DNA from: Spartobacteria bacterium
GTDB taxonomy: Bacteria > Verrucomicrobiota > Kiritimatiellia > RZYC01
Length of the DNA: 64,000 nt
Direction: 5' to 3'
Assembly: GCA_009930475.1 (NCBI GenBank)
Contig: RZYC01000001.1
Coordinates: 17,062-81,061 of the forward strand
Shown: piece by piece, positions 1 to 8,778 of the stretch
How positions within the stretch are numbered: position 1 is the first letter of the stretch
Layout: the number at the start of each line of letters is the position of its first letter
The notes under the pieces: generated by a model
Database searches by the model: none
What the model saw: the letters and a program-made list of their open reading frames with translations, nothing else
Told to the model about the DNA's origin: nothing
Made by a program: the position numbers and the translations under genes

Positions 1-141
1 GACGATTGGGCTGATCTGGAATTGGATAATGTGGAGGATGTTCAGTTACTGCGGGCACTGGATCTGATTAAGGGATTGGACACTTTTCAGACAAAAACGA
101 CCTCGCCATGCGACGAGATCCTCTTAAAAGCGGAGAAATAA
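1..141 (+). CDS. 3' end (46 codons) of an unidentified upstream gene, truncated by the window start
   Basis: The frame is open from base 1 to TAA at 139-141 (…DDWADLELDNVEDVQLLRALDLIKGLDTFQTKTTSPCDEILLKAEK*). The next gene starts 4 nt later. No family was recognised. Confidence 0.3.
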   Translation, partial: DDWADLELDNVEDVQLLRALDLIKGLDTFQTKTTSPCDEILLKAEK

Positions 142-144
142 GCT

Positions 145-1179
145 ATGCTGATACTGGGTATTGAAACGTCCTGTGATGAAACATCTGCGTCTGTGGTTCG
201 TGATGGCCGCGAGGTGTTGTCGAATGTCATATATTCGCAGATTGCAAAACATGCTCCCTATGGCGGAGTCGTTCCTGAAATCGCCTCCCGCTGTCATGTG
301 GAGGTCATCCACGACGTTGTCCGGCAGGCTGTTGTTAAGGCCGGTGTGGAATGGAATGCGTTGGATGCGGTTGCCGCGACGCGCGGCCCCGGACTGGCCA
401 GTTCCCTGCTTATTGGCTATACCGCCGCCAAGTCGCTCGCTCTATGCTTGAATAAGCCGCTGATCGATATCAACCATCTGGAAGCCCATCTGTACGGCAT
501 GTTTCTCGGCGACAGTGCCCCGGTTCCTTCCGAAGTGATGCCCATGGTTGCACTGCTTGTTTCTGGCGGTCATACCTGTCTGATACGCATGAATCATCTG
601 GGCCATTATCAATTGCTGGGGCAGACATTGGATGACGCAGCCGGTGAAGCACTGGATAAAGGGGCCAGCCTGCTGGGACTCGGCTATCCCGGTGGCCCAG
701 TCATAGAAAAAACGGCCCGCGACGGAAATCCCCAATTTGTGCGTTTCCCCAGGGGGTTGGCCTCCTCCCGCTCATCTGGCGATGACCGTTCCCTCTGCTT
801 TAGCTACAGCGGAGTAAAAACATCGCTTAAATACTACTTAAAAGATCATCCCGAAACAAAAACGGACGGAACCTTTGCCGATGTGGTGGCCAGCTATCAG
901 GAAGCCATCCTCGACGCCCTGGTCCAGCGATTTGAAGATGCCATACGCCGAGAGAACGTGCGTTATGCCGGATGTGGCGGCGGAGTAGTCTGTAATCAAC
1001 TTCTACGCAATAAATTGCAGGCCGCGGCTCAACGTAGTAACGTAACCCTGTTCACCGCCGGGCCAGGCTTCTGCACCGACAATGCAGCCATGGTCGCTGG
1101 CCTCGCGGCCCACCGCTTGAACCCCGACATCGACCCCTTCACCCTTGATATCCGCCCCAGCTTCCCCGTCGGCGCATAA
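145..1179 (+). CDS. tsaD: tRNA N6-adenosine threonylcarbamoyltransferase TsaD (Kae1/Gcp/YgjD family)
   Basis: The N-terminus MLILGIETSCDETSASVV… is typical of the family, the length is 344 aa, a GGAGA RBS sits 8 nt upstream of the ATG, and the product spans the full Gcp-like fold. Confidence 0.9.
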   Translation: MLILGIETSCDETSASVVRDGREVLSNVIYSQIAKHAPYGGVVPEIASRCHVEVIHDVVRQAVVKAGVEWNALDAVAATRGPGLASSLLIGYTAAKSLALCLNKPLIDINHLEAHLYGMFLGDSAPVPSEVMPMVALLVSGGHTCLIRMNHLGHYQLLGQTLDDAAGEALDKGASLLGLGYPGGPVIEKTARDGNPQFVRFPRGLASSRSSGDDRSLCFSYSGVKTSLKYYLKDHPETKTDGTFADVVASYQEAILDALVQRFEDAIRRENVRYAGCGGGVVCNQLLRNKLQAAAQRSNVTLFTAGPGFCTDNAAMVAGLAAHRLNPDIDPFTLDIRPSFPVGA

Positions 1180-1273
1180 TTTTACTCCCCCCCCTGTGCA
1201 CCGTGCACAATAAATAGTATAGTGACAGTCACATATTAGTTGACACGAGTTCGTGAGAATGTATATTGGCTGC

Positions 1274-2272
1274 ATGAGAAGAAAACGAATAAAACGGGCG
1301 CGGTTGGCTTATTACCACTGCATGACACGTGTGGTGGGACGTCAGATGTTGCTCGGGTCGTCGGAGAAGGAACACATGCGTGTCCTTATTCGGAAGGTCG
1401 AGGGGTTTACAGGAGTCCAGGTGTTGACGTATGCGCTGATGACCAATCATATCCATTTGCTACTGAAGGAACCCGAGAGGGATACGGTGGTGGATGAGGA
1501 TGTATTGGTGGAGCGGATGAGGTCGTTGTATTCTGAGGAGGAAATGGAAGAGGTTCTGCTGCGGTGGGCGGATTGGCGAGCGCAGGGGAACAGGATTGCA
1601 GTGGAAGAGGATATGATGCGTTACAGAAGGCGAATGCATGATATCAGTGAATTTATGAAGACGTTGAAGCATCGGTTTTCATTTTGGTATAACCGCCGCA
1701 ATGATCGTAAGGGGACGCTGTGGTCTGAACGTTTTAAGAGTGTCCTCGTTGAGGGCGGAGATGCGTTGAGAACCGTGGCGGGGTACATTGAGATGAATCC
1801 GGTACGGGCGGGTTTGGCCTGTGATCCGTCGGGGTATTTGTTTTGTGGCTTGGGCGACGCAGCGGCCGGGTCGGTGAAGGCACGTGAAGGAATTATGGAA
1901 TTGGTGGTGCAGAAGAATACTTCTTTTGGGACGCATGTGGGCAAATCTTGGTGTGTTTTGTCTGCCGCCTATTTTGATGATGTGTTGATGTATGGTGGGA
2001 CATGCCCTGCCATGCATGATGCAAGCATGAAGGATGGCGGGGGGTGCCTCCAAATACAAGAGGCTGAACTATTGTATCGTAATCGTTTTTTTTCTGATGG
2101 ACAAGTTATTGGTAGCAAAAGTTTTGTTGAGGAGTTTTTTGCAGAAAACAGGGATTATTTCGGGTCACGCCGCACGTCAGGCGGTCGCAGAGTTAAAGGA
2201 ATTACACGCGGCCTGTATGCGATACGGGATGTCGGACGCATTGTCGACAAACGAAACAAACAGCTTTCGTAA
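1274..2272 (+). mobile_element. RAYT/IS200-like Y1 HUH transposase paralog 1 (about 332 aa, with a conserved C-terminal extension)
   Basis: It carries the HUH motif TNHIHLLL and the RAYT-type tyrosine motif AGYIEMNPVRAG. The start was set at the ATG (MRRKRIKR…) that matches the three other paralogs; the ORF track begins at an upstream GTG at 1253. The C-terminal block …RNRFFSDGQV.G…FVEEFF..NRDYFG…LYAIRDVGR is shared by all four copies. Confidence 0.75.
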
Positions 2273-2285
2273 AAGGCGATCTCTA

Positions 2286-3314
2286 TTAACACTTGCGTCG
2301 TCGGGATATGAAGAAGGCTGCCAGTGATCCTGCAATGAACATAAACAAGGGTATTTTCCACCACAGTCCACGACTTGGTTCCGGTTTTTCCTCAATTGTC
2401 ACGACGTCAATTAAAGGAATTTCTTCCGTGGTCACCGCATGCATTATCGGCACGGGGGTCGGCGTGGGGACAATCGCCGGCAGGTTCATAAAGCCGGCAG
2501 AAAGGAATTCTTTCGCCGACTGATCACGAACTTTCTTTTGCTTGCTACCCATCACCACGGCGATAACTCGGCGATCATTGCGTGCAGCTGTTGCCGTAAT
2601 GGAAAATCCGCCCGCCCGAAAATATCCTGTTTTAAAGCCATCGCATCCTTCATAGCTTTTGAGCAAATTGTTATGAGTGCGCATAATGAAGGTATTGTCA
2701 CGAAATCCTTTTTCCTGTATCGAGGTGTATCTATATATATCCGGCATTTTTGTTAATGCCTGCCCGAGCAGCGCCATGTCATAAGGTGTTGATACGTCGG
2801 GCTTCTGCCCTTTTCCGGGCGGTAGACCATGCACGGAATGAATGTGTGTATCTTTCATGCCCAGTTCATCGGCTTTCTGCTGCATCATGGCTTCAAAGGC
2901 ATTACGGGAGCCCGCTACATGGATGGCCAGCGCGACGGCAGCATCATTAGCGGACTGAATCATCAGTGCGTAGAGCAGCTCGTCAATAGTAAATGTTTCG
3001 CCCTCTTTAAGATAAACCTGCGATCCACCCATGCCTGCGGCCTCTGCCGTAATTCTTACGGTTTCATCCAGTCGCAGATGCCCGCTCTGAATGCGTTCCA
3101 AAACAATCAGCGCATCCATCATTTTTATCATACTGGCCGGATATGCAACGGTATGTGCATTGTCTTCTTGCAGTACGCTGCCGGTATCGGCATCGATCAC
3201 GACGGCGCCGATGTAGGGATCTTGCGAAATGGTTTCGAGGGCTGCAGATGCCGAACAGGCCAGTAGAGCCACAGCAGCAAAAGCAAAAAATGAAGTCGTA
3301 CTGCGCGTAAACAT
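2286..3314 (-). CDS. D-alanyl-D-alanine carboxypeptidase (PBP5/6-like, peptidase S11)
   Basis: It has a signal peptide and the SxxK (SMIKMM), SxN (SAND) and KTG (KTGY) active-site motifs. The start was set at an ATG with an AAAGGA RBS; the ORF track extends to a TTG at 3332. Confidence 0.8.
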   Translation of the reverse strand: MFTRSTTSFFAFAAVALLACSASAALETISQDPYIGAVVIDADTGSVLQEDNAHTVAYPASMIKMMDALIVLERIQSGHLRLDETVRITAEAAGMGGSQVYLKEGETFTIDELLYALMIQSANDAAVALAIHVAGSRNAFEAMMQQKADELGMKDTHIHSVHGLPPGKGQKPDVSTPYDMALLGQALTKMPDIYRYTSIQEKGFRDNTFIMRTHNNLLKSYEGCDGFKTGYFRAGGFSITATAARNDRRVIAVVMGSKQKKVRDQSAKEFLSAGFMNLPAIVPTPTPVPIMHAVTTEEIPLIDVVTIEEKPEPSRGLWWKIPLFMFIAGSLAAFFISRRRKC

Positions 3315-3435
3315 GATAATTGTCCTTTTCAAATATTTTCTAAAACGTCACGTGCATCACTAAGACGGATTTGGCGGATAATATCAATCGAAACTTGCCA
3401 ATTTGGACACAATGCCTTATAAACGCATTTCTTTT

Positions 3436-3540
3436 GTGGGGCCGGGCCCTATGCAACGAAAGCGGGTGAACCACGTCAGGACCGGAAGGTAGCAGCGTTA
3501 AATCATGTCTTCCGGGTGCCGTAGGTAAACCTGGCCCCCT
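3436..3540 (+). ncRNA. ffs: Small (4.5S-type) signal recognition particle RNA
   Basis: It contains the conserved domain IV motif GUCAGGACCGGAAGGUAGCAGCG. The 5' GGGGCCGGGCCC pairs with the 3' …CUGGCCCCC, and a T-run follows (3540-3546). It lies immediately upstream of dnaX, as in many bacteria. Confidence 0.65.
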
Positions 3541-3589
3541 TTTTTATACTGATACTTATAATATAGCGATGCTTTGAGGTGTTTTAGTT

Positions 3590-5305
3590 ATGGCGTACGA
3601 AGTACTTGCACGAAAATGGCGACCACAGCAGTTTGATCAGCTGGTGGGACAGGAACACGTGGCGCGCACTCTGAGCAATGCCATTCAGACCGGACGGATT
3701 GCCCATGCTTATTTGTTCGTGGGGCCGCGAGGCATAGGTAAAACCTCGTCAGCACGTATTTTTGCAAAAGCACTGAACTGCATTAACGGACCAACGGTAA
3801 CACCCTGCGATAAATGTGAATCCTGTCTGGAAATTATGACAGGCAGCAGCATGGACGTGATTGAAATCGACGGGGCCTCCAACACCGGTGTGGATAACAT
3901 TCGTGATCTGCGTGAAAATGTGCAGTACGCTCCGGCCCGCGGTCCCTATAAAATCTATATCATCGACGAAGTACATATGCTAAGCACCGGCGCATTCAAT
4001 GCCCTGCTCAAAACGTTGGAAGAACCGCCGCCACATGTAAAATTTATCTTTGCCACCACCGATCCGCAAAAAGTTCTGCCCACGATTCTGTCCCGCTGCC
4101 AGCGATTTGATCTTCGTCCCATTTCTTCCAAAAAAATTATGCAGCACCTCCAGAAAATTTGCGCCGCCGAACAAGTCAATATCAGCGAGGACGCGCTGCT
4201 GGCCATTGCTCGCGGGGCGGAAGGCGGTATGCGTGATGCAGAATCTGCACTGGATCAGCTGATTTCATTCTGTGGCGGCGAAGTGGCTGAAGACGATGTT
4301 ATGTCGGTATTCGGCCTTGTATCCCGCAAAGTTCTCGAAGACCTCGTCACGGCGGTTCTCGTGGGTGATATTCCGCTTGCCATCCAACGAATCGATGAAC
4401 TGGATCGGGATGGCAAAGATATGCTTCGTCTTATTGTCGAGCTGATTCGCTATCTTCGCAATTTGCTGATAATCAAATTTACGCCCGATCAGATTGAGCT
4501 GCTCGACACATCGGAAGGCCAGATCGTGGCATTGCGCACTCAGGCAGAGAAAGCCGACGCCGATCAGATTCTGCGCATGATTCAGATTCTAACCGATGCC
4601 GACGAGCGGATGCGCTACGCATTATCTCGACGAACGCTCCTTGAAGTGGCGGTCATACAATGCGCCCGCGTTGCACAGGTTGTCCCTATCGCCAAGGTGA
4701 TGAAGACCCTCGAGCAGCTTAAAAAGGGATGCCAGATTGTTGCAGGTTCCCCCGTGAGCGAATCACCCGTTACGTATACGCCGCACCCGTCCATTCCCGA
4801 AAAAAAAAATGACATAGCTCCCCCTGAACCCGCTTCCGAACCGGCATATGACCCGGACGACTATGAAAAGGACCGTATCCTGCTCAACGATGACTGGGAA
4901 GAGATCAAGCAAAGCGCGTCGCGCTTTTCCATGCGCGCCGGAACCTGTCTGAAAGATGCACAGGTCGTCCATGTCAGTGAAGACCGTGTAACCATTGGTT
5001 TTGATCCACAGTTTGCCAATGAACGAAGCGAGATGGAAACGGTGCGGAACCGACGAGCCATTGTTATGGCCATCAAAGGCAAGCTTAACCGTCCCGTCGA
5101 TATTCAATTCACAACCATGGCCGTCAAAGAAATCCTTCCAAGCGATCAGGTTGTTGAAAAAAAAAACGAAGTGAAAGCCGGTAAAATGAAAATTACCGGC
5201 AAAAGTAGCATGTCCAAAGAAGATCGTGACAAATGGATGAAGAACGAACAGGTTAAACTCACGTTGGAAGAATTCAACGGCGATATCGTTGATATACGGT
5301 GCTGA
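3590..5305 (+). CDS. dnaX: DNA polymerase III subunit gamma/tau
   Basis: MAYEVLARKWRPQQFDQLVGQEHV…, the Walker A motif GPRGIGKTS, the zinc-module cysteines (CDKCESC) and an AAA+ clamp-loader domain are present, giving 571 aa. A TGAGGTG RBS precedes the start. Confidence 0.9.
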   Translation: MAYEVLARKWRPQQFDQLVGQEHVARTLSNAIQTGRIAHAYLFVGPRGIGKTSSARIFAKALNCINGPTVTPCDKCESCLEIMTGSSMDVIEIDGASNTGVDNIRDLRENVQYAPARGPYKIYIIDEVHMLSTGAFNALLKTLEEPPPHVKFIFATTDPQKVLPTILSRCQRFDLRPISSKKIMQHLQKICAAEQVNISEDALLAIARGAEGGMRDAESALDQLISFCGGEVAEDDVMSVFGLVSRKVLEDLVTAVLVGDIPLAIQRIDELDRDGKDMLRLIVELIRYLRNLLIIKFTPDQIELLDTSEGQIVALRTQAEKADADQILRMIQILTDADERMRYALSRRTLLEVAVIQCARVAQVVPIAKVMKTLEQLKKGCQIVAGSPVSESPVTYTPHPSIPEKKNDIAPPEPASEPAYDPDDYEKDRILLNDDWEEIKQSASRFSMRAGTCLKDAQVVHVSEDRVTIGFDPQFANERSEMETVRNRRAIVMAIKGKLNRPVDIQFTTMAVKEILPSDQVVEKKNEVKAGKMKITGKSSMSKEDRDKWMKNEQVKLTLEEFNGDIVDIRC

Positions 5306-5357
5306 GCAACATGTCGAACATGGGCGTTTTGTCGCAGACCAGCTGAAATGCGCATGG

Positions 5358-5400
5358 GCATTTTGTCATGAGCGGACAAAATGCACAGTGCTTTCGCACT
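5358..5400 (+). terminator. Stem-loops downstream of dnaX, a possible terminator
   Basis: A perfect 10-bp inverted repeat GCATTTTGTC/GACAAAATGC (5358-5384) sits 50 nt after the dnaX stop and is followed by a second small hairpin (AGTGC…GCACT). There is no strong U-run, so this is a weak call. A diverged copy of the same motif lies at 7725-7760. Confidence 0.3.
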
Positions 5401-5452
5401 TTCAATAACTCCATGTCGCAGACCACATGCTTTTATTTCCACTGCAAAAATT

Positions 5453-5540
5453 AAAAAGTTCCAATGATTGGAACTTTTAACTCTCTACTATTCCAATGAT
5501 TGGAACTTTTAATTTAAAAAGTTCCAATGGTTGGAACATT
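5453..5540. repeat. REP-like palindromic repeat cluster A (3 units)
   Basis: There are three units of the near-perfect palindrome AAAAGTTCCAATGATTGGAACTTTT: 5453-5478, 5491-5510 and 5517-5540. The cluster lies between the convergent dnaX and RAYT paralog 2. Confidence 0.85.
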
Positions 5541-5559
5541 GTAAATTCTTTCTATGGAT

Positions 5560-5870
5560 ATAAACTTGGCACGCCTACTGCTCCTTCAACGATGCATATT
5601 ATTTGTTCTTTAACATTAGCATTACTTAGGCTGGCAAGACCGACTGATTTATTCTCCGCCCTGAGGCTGGGGAGTGACAAGCAGGCCGCCGCAGACCCGA
5701 ACGCGCTGCAAGCCGCTTGCTCCACACACACACACCGTCACCCATAAAACAGTAAGCCAAACCAGTCTTGATTACACGTTCACGAGAAAACCTCAGCGCG
5801 TTATGCGCACTCCTTCATACACAATGCCGGGCCGGAGCGGGAATAACCCCGCCCCGGCCGGTGTCGTTTT
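5560..5870 (+). pseudogene. Diverged duplicate of the 5' region of the hsp20-like gene (relic copy of 7920-8330), including a relic sigma-54 promoter
   Basis: Nucleotide similarity of roughly 70-80% runs through 5567-5870 versus 7925-8330. For example TTGGCACGCCTACTGCT matches TTGGCACGCGTATTGCTG, and …ATGCGCACTCCTTCATACACAATGCCGGGCCGGAGCGGGAATAACCCCGCCCCGGCC matches 8262-8320. Internal stops and frame changes are present, and only short spurious ORFs (5496-5747, 5674-5994) remain. Confidence 0.45.
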
Positions 5871-5900
5871 AAGACTTGTTGTTTCTAAAATTACTCCGAC

Positions 5901-6950
5901 TCAGCACCAATGTCCCAGATCACGAATGGTATACAAGCCGTCCCACCCTCCGCGTATTTTTCGTGCTCCGGTTTTTCGTGCCGGAGCAAAATAATCCCTG
6001 TTCTCATCAAAGAACTGCTCCACAAACTCCTGAGAGCCGAAGACCTGTCCATCTGAAAAAAAACGACTCCGACATTGTAGTCGTTCGAACGAAGAGATTT
6101 TCATCCGTTTCTTTAATTTGTTTGGAATCATATTCTTATCAAGAAACGCGAAATTAGGGTTTTTACATAGCTCCTCGTACATCAATACCCGCTCCCAGTA
6201 AACATTCAAAGCCGCCGTCCATGAACCCACCTTGTCAGTCGCTCGAACCGTGTTATCCAGCTGTTTCACCCCCGATGCCAGCACCACAATCCCTCTTTGT
6301 GCGGAAAGGCTCCCGCCCATGGCCTCACCTAGCCCGCAAAAACGATATTTCTTGGGATCATCGACCATCCCCGCTCGAACCGGATTCATTTCTATATATG
6401 CCGCCATAGTACGCAGTGCCGTCCCATCCTCCACCAGTACGCTTTTAAAGCGTCGTTCCCACAAGGTTCCGCAACGGCCAGCTCTGCGATTGAACCAGCA
6501 GGAGAATCGCTGTTTCACCTGCTTCATAAACTCACTGATATCGTGCATTCGAACAAGATATCGCTGCTTATCCTCCGCAATAAAAGCTGTTAGCCCCGCC
6601 TGATCCCATGCTTGCCATCTACTACAAATTTCATCTACATCCTCTTTAGAATACAAACAGCGCAATCGATCTATCAACTGCGCATCCGTAATCAAAAGGA
6701 CGTCCGCGCGGTCTGGTTCCTCCAGCAGTAGATGGATATGATTTGTCATCAGCGCATACGTTAGAACGCGTACTCCGGAGAACCCCTCAACCCGTCGAAT
6801 CAAACGGCGCATGTGTTCTTTTTCCACAGATCCCAGCAGCATATCCCGATTCACAATGCGCGACATGCAATGATAGTAGGCCAAATGATCGCGTTTTATT
6901 CGTGTTTGTTTCATGAATCGATACAAGCATGGGAACATATATAAATGCAA
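5901..6950 (-). mobile_element. RAYT/IS200-like Y1 HUH transposase paralog 2
   Basis: MKQTRIKRDHLAYYHCMSRIV… carries the HUH motif TNHIHLLL, the tyrosine motif AAYIEMNPVRAG, and the conserved C-terminal block …SRFFSDGQVFGSQEFVEQFFDENRDYF…LYTIRDLGHWC. REP clusters flank it at 5453-5540 and 7813-7903. Confidence 0.75.
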
Positions 6951-7052
6951 TAAAATATATTAAATAATAGAATGTATATATAATTATATCTCTTCGATAT
7001 TTACAGCGCGATGTGTACTCGATATAAAAAGTGGCAATAACAAAGGCGGCAT

Positions 7053-7682
7053 GTGATGGATGCGATGATGATTTTTTCCGGTTTACTCTTGGTGATGGGG
7101 ATGGTGATTTCTGCGGGGGCTGGGATTTGGTTTCTGGTGATTGCTTTTAAGGAAAGTGTTTTGTGGGGGCTGGCGGTGTTGCTTCTGCCTGTTGCGGGGC
7201 TGGTATTCACGATTATGCATTGGTCGGATGTGTGGCGGACGGTGGTGGCGAATCTGGCGGGATATGCGGTGTGTGTGCTGGCGGCGGTGGTGATGTTTTC
7301 ATCGCATCCTGAATTTGTGGAGAGTATGGCACGATCCATGGAGGTGTCGGCGATGCAGCAATCGTCGGGCGGCGACGGGTCGGGGATGGAATTGAAGGAA
7401 ATGCTGCGGCAGGCAAAGCTGGAGGCGGAGCGGGCGAGGCAGGATGCGGCCGCTGAAAGAGAGACGCGCGAGCGTGTTGAGGCTGCTGAGGCTGCGCTTG
7501 CGGAGCAGGGAGAAGCTGGCGTGCAGGGGCTTATCGGTAAGTCACTGCACGAGGTGGTGCGTATTCTGGGCGAGCCGCCTAACACCTATCAGACCTCCAG
7601 GGGTAGAACCATTTATTTGTATGATGCCTATGAAGTCACATCGGCTGACGGACTGACGGTCAGTGATGTGACAGCGAAGTGA
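7053..7682 (+). CDS. Hypothetical membrane protein (3 TM helices plus a charged coiled-coil segment)
   Basis: There are three hydrophobic helices (IFSGLLLVMGMVISAGAGIWFLVIAF, LWGLAVLLLPVAGLVFTI, LAGYAVCVLAAVVMF) followed by an E/A/R-rich segment. The G-rich first and third codon positions are typical of genuine coding sequence. The antisense ORF 7001-7585 was rejected. Confidence 0.45.
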   Translation: MMDAMMIFSGLLLVMGMVISAGAGIWFLVIAFKESVLWGLAVLLLPVAGLVFTIMHWSDVWRTVVANLAGYAVCVLAAVVMFSSHPEFVESMARSMEVSAMQQSSGGDGSGMELKEMLRQAKLEAERARQDAAAERETRERVEAAEAALAEQGEAGVQGLIGKSLHEVVRILGEPPNTYQTSRGRTIYLYDAYEVTSADGLTVSDVTAK

Positions 7683-7812
7683 TCATCGGGCGGGCGATTT
7701 GTCCCATGGGAGGTCGGCGGAGTGCGGGCGTTTTGGCGCACTCGGACAAAAGGCACAGCGTAATGTTTATTTTGACGGGGAGATGTTTGAGGCGGGGCTT
7801 TTTATGGAAAAT

Positions 7813-7903
7813 AAAAAGTTCCAATGATTGGAAGTTTTAACATGTTGTTTTTCCAGTGGTTGGAAGTTTTGTTTTAAAAAGTTCCAATGATTGGAACTTT
7901 TTA
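7813..7903. repeat. REP-like palindromic repeat cluster B (3 units)
   Basis: Units are at 7813-7838 (…GATTGGAAGTTTT), 7851-7870 (TTCCAGTGGTTGGAAGTTTT) and 7877-7903 (AAAAGTTCCAATGATTGGAACTTTTTAA). Confidence 0.85.
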
Positions 7904-7925
7904 ATATTTCCTCTGAGCGTGATAT

Positions 7926-7942
7926 TGGCACGCGTATTGCTG
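7926..7942 (+). promoter_or_regulatory. Sigma-54 (-24/-12) promoter for the hsp20-like gene
   Basis: TGGCACGCGTATTGCTG matches the TGGCACG-N4-TTGCW consensus, with exactly 10 nt between GG and GC. It lies about 60 nt upstream of the ATG at 8005. A degraded copy (TGGCACGCCTACTGCT) is at 5577-5592 in the duplicated segment. Confidence 0.5.
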
Positions 7943-8004
7943 TGTTGAATGTCAGATTAAAACATTAAACGAAGTACAGCAGAAAGGATTTGGGGAAAGC
8001 GGAT

Positions 8005-8754
8005 ATGCGACAGTGGAACTGGACAGCACTCATACATAGTATCACGGCAGACCGCATTGTTCTTTTTACCGTTTTAGCTTTTCAGGTTGGTTTGGCCGGC
8101 TGGTTCTATACCTACACCCGCGAGGGTGACAAACAAGCGGCCTCAGAACTGAACACACCTGACGGCCGATTGTCGATCCAACACACACAAAACGTCGCTT
8201 CTCAGCCAGTCGGTCAACCAGCCTTTTCCGATTCATCATCAGTAATACCCTCATCAATGCGCTCAATGCGCACTCCTTCACACAGTGCTGGGATGGGGCG
8301 GGTGATAACCCCGCCCCATCCTGTGGCATTAATGGATGAATCGTTTATCACTCCGATATCTTTTACGGATTCGCGCGCCGTGATGGCTCAGATGCAGGAT
8401 CGTATGCGTCGCCGGATGGAAGCGTATCAGCAGAAAAATGCTCTTATTTATTCTGATGATGACTGGTCTGGACTGGCGCGGAGTCCCACGATGGATATGC
8501 GCGAGCGAGGGGATGTCTATGAAGTCACTTTCAGTATTCCGGATGCGAAAAATCGGGATATTACCACGGATTTGCAAGATCGTCTTCTGACGGTTAATGT
8601 GAATCAATCGAATGAATTTGACAGGGGGCATGCCCAGCAGTCGTTTACCAGTCGCATCCTTCTTCCGGAAGACATTGATAGCGACAAAGCCATAGAGACG
8701 CGTTTCAAAGACGGCAATGTGATTCTGAGTATTTCCAAGTCAGCGGCGCAATAA
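8005..8754 (+). CDS. Membrane-anchored small heat-shock protein (Hsp20/alpha-crystallin family)
   Basis: The C-terminus has an alpha-crystallin-domain pattern (…RERGDVYEVTFSIPDAKNRDITTDLQDRLLTV…SFTSRILLPEDIDSDKAIETRFKDGNVILSI…). The N-terminus has a TM helix (IVLFTVLAFQVGLAGWFY) followed by a P/S-rich linker. The ORF track starts at a TTG at 7990; an ATG lies at 8005. Confidence 0.6.
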   Translation: MRQWNWTALIHSITADRIVLFTVLAFQVGLAGWFYTYTREGDKQAASELNTPDGRLSIQHTQNVASQPVGQPAFSDSSSVIPSSMRSMRTPSHSAGMGRVITPPHPVALMDESFITPISFTDSRAVMAQMQDRMRRRMEAYQQKNALIYSDDDWSGLARSPTMDMRERGDVYEVTFSIPDAKNRDITTDLQDRLLTVNVNQSNEFDRGHAQQSFTSRILLPEDIDSDKAIETRFKDGNVILSISKSAAQ

Positions 8755-8778
8755 CGAATCCTATTCAAGGCGTTTTCT

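Noticed and set aside
5674-5994. 106-aa ORF (and the 83-aa ORF 5496-5747) between REP cluster A and RAYT paralog 2
   Set aside because: It lies inside the decayed duplicate of the hsp20-like 5' region. Its peptide similarity (MRTPSYTMPGRSGNNPAP versus MRTPSHSAGMGRVITPPHP) is inherited from that relic, not evidence of a gene.
7001-7585. 194-aa ORF on the minus strand, antisense to the membrane-protein gene
   Set aside because: The translation is low-complexity (S/A/T/P/R-rich) and typical of the antisense frame of a GC-rich gene. The plus-strand ORF has TM helices and coding-like codon structure.
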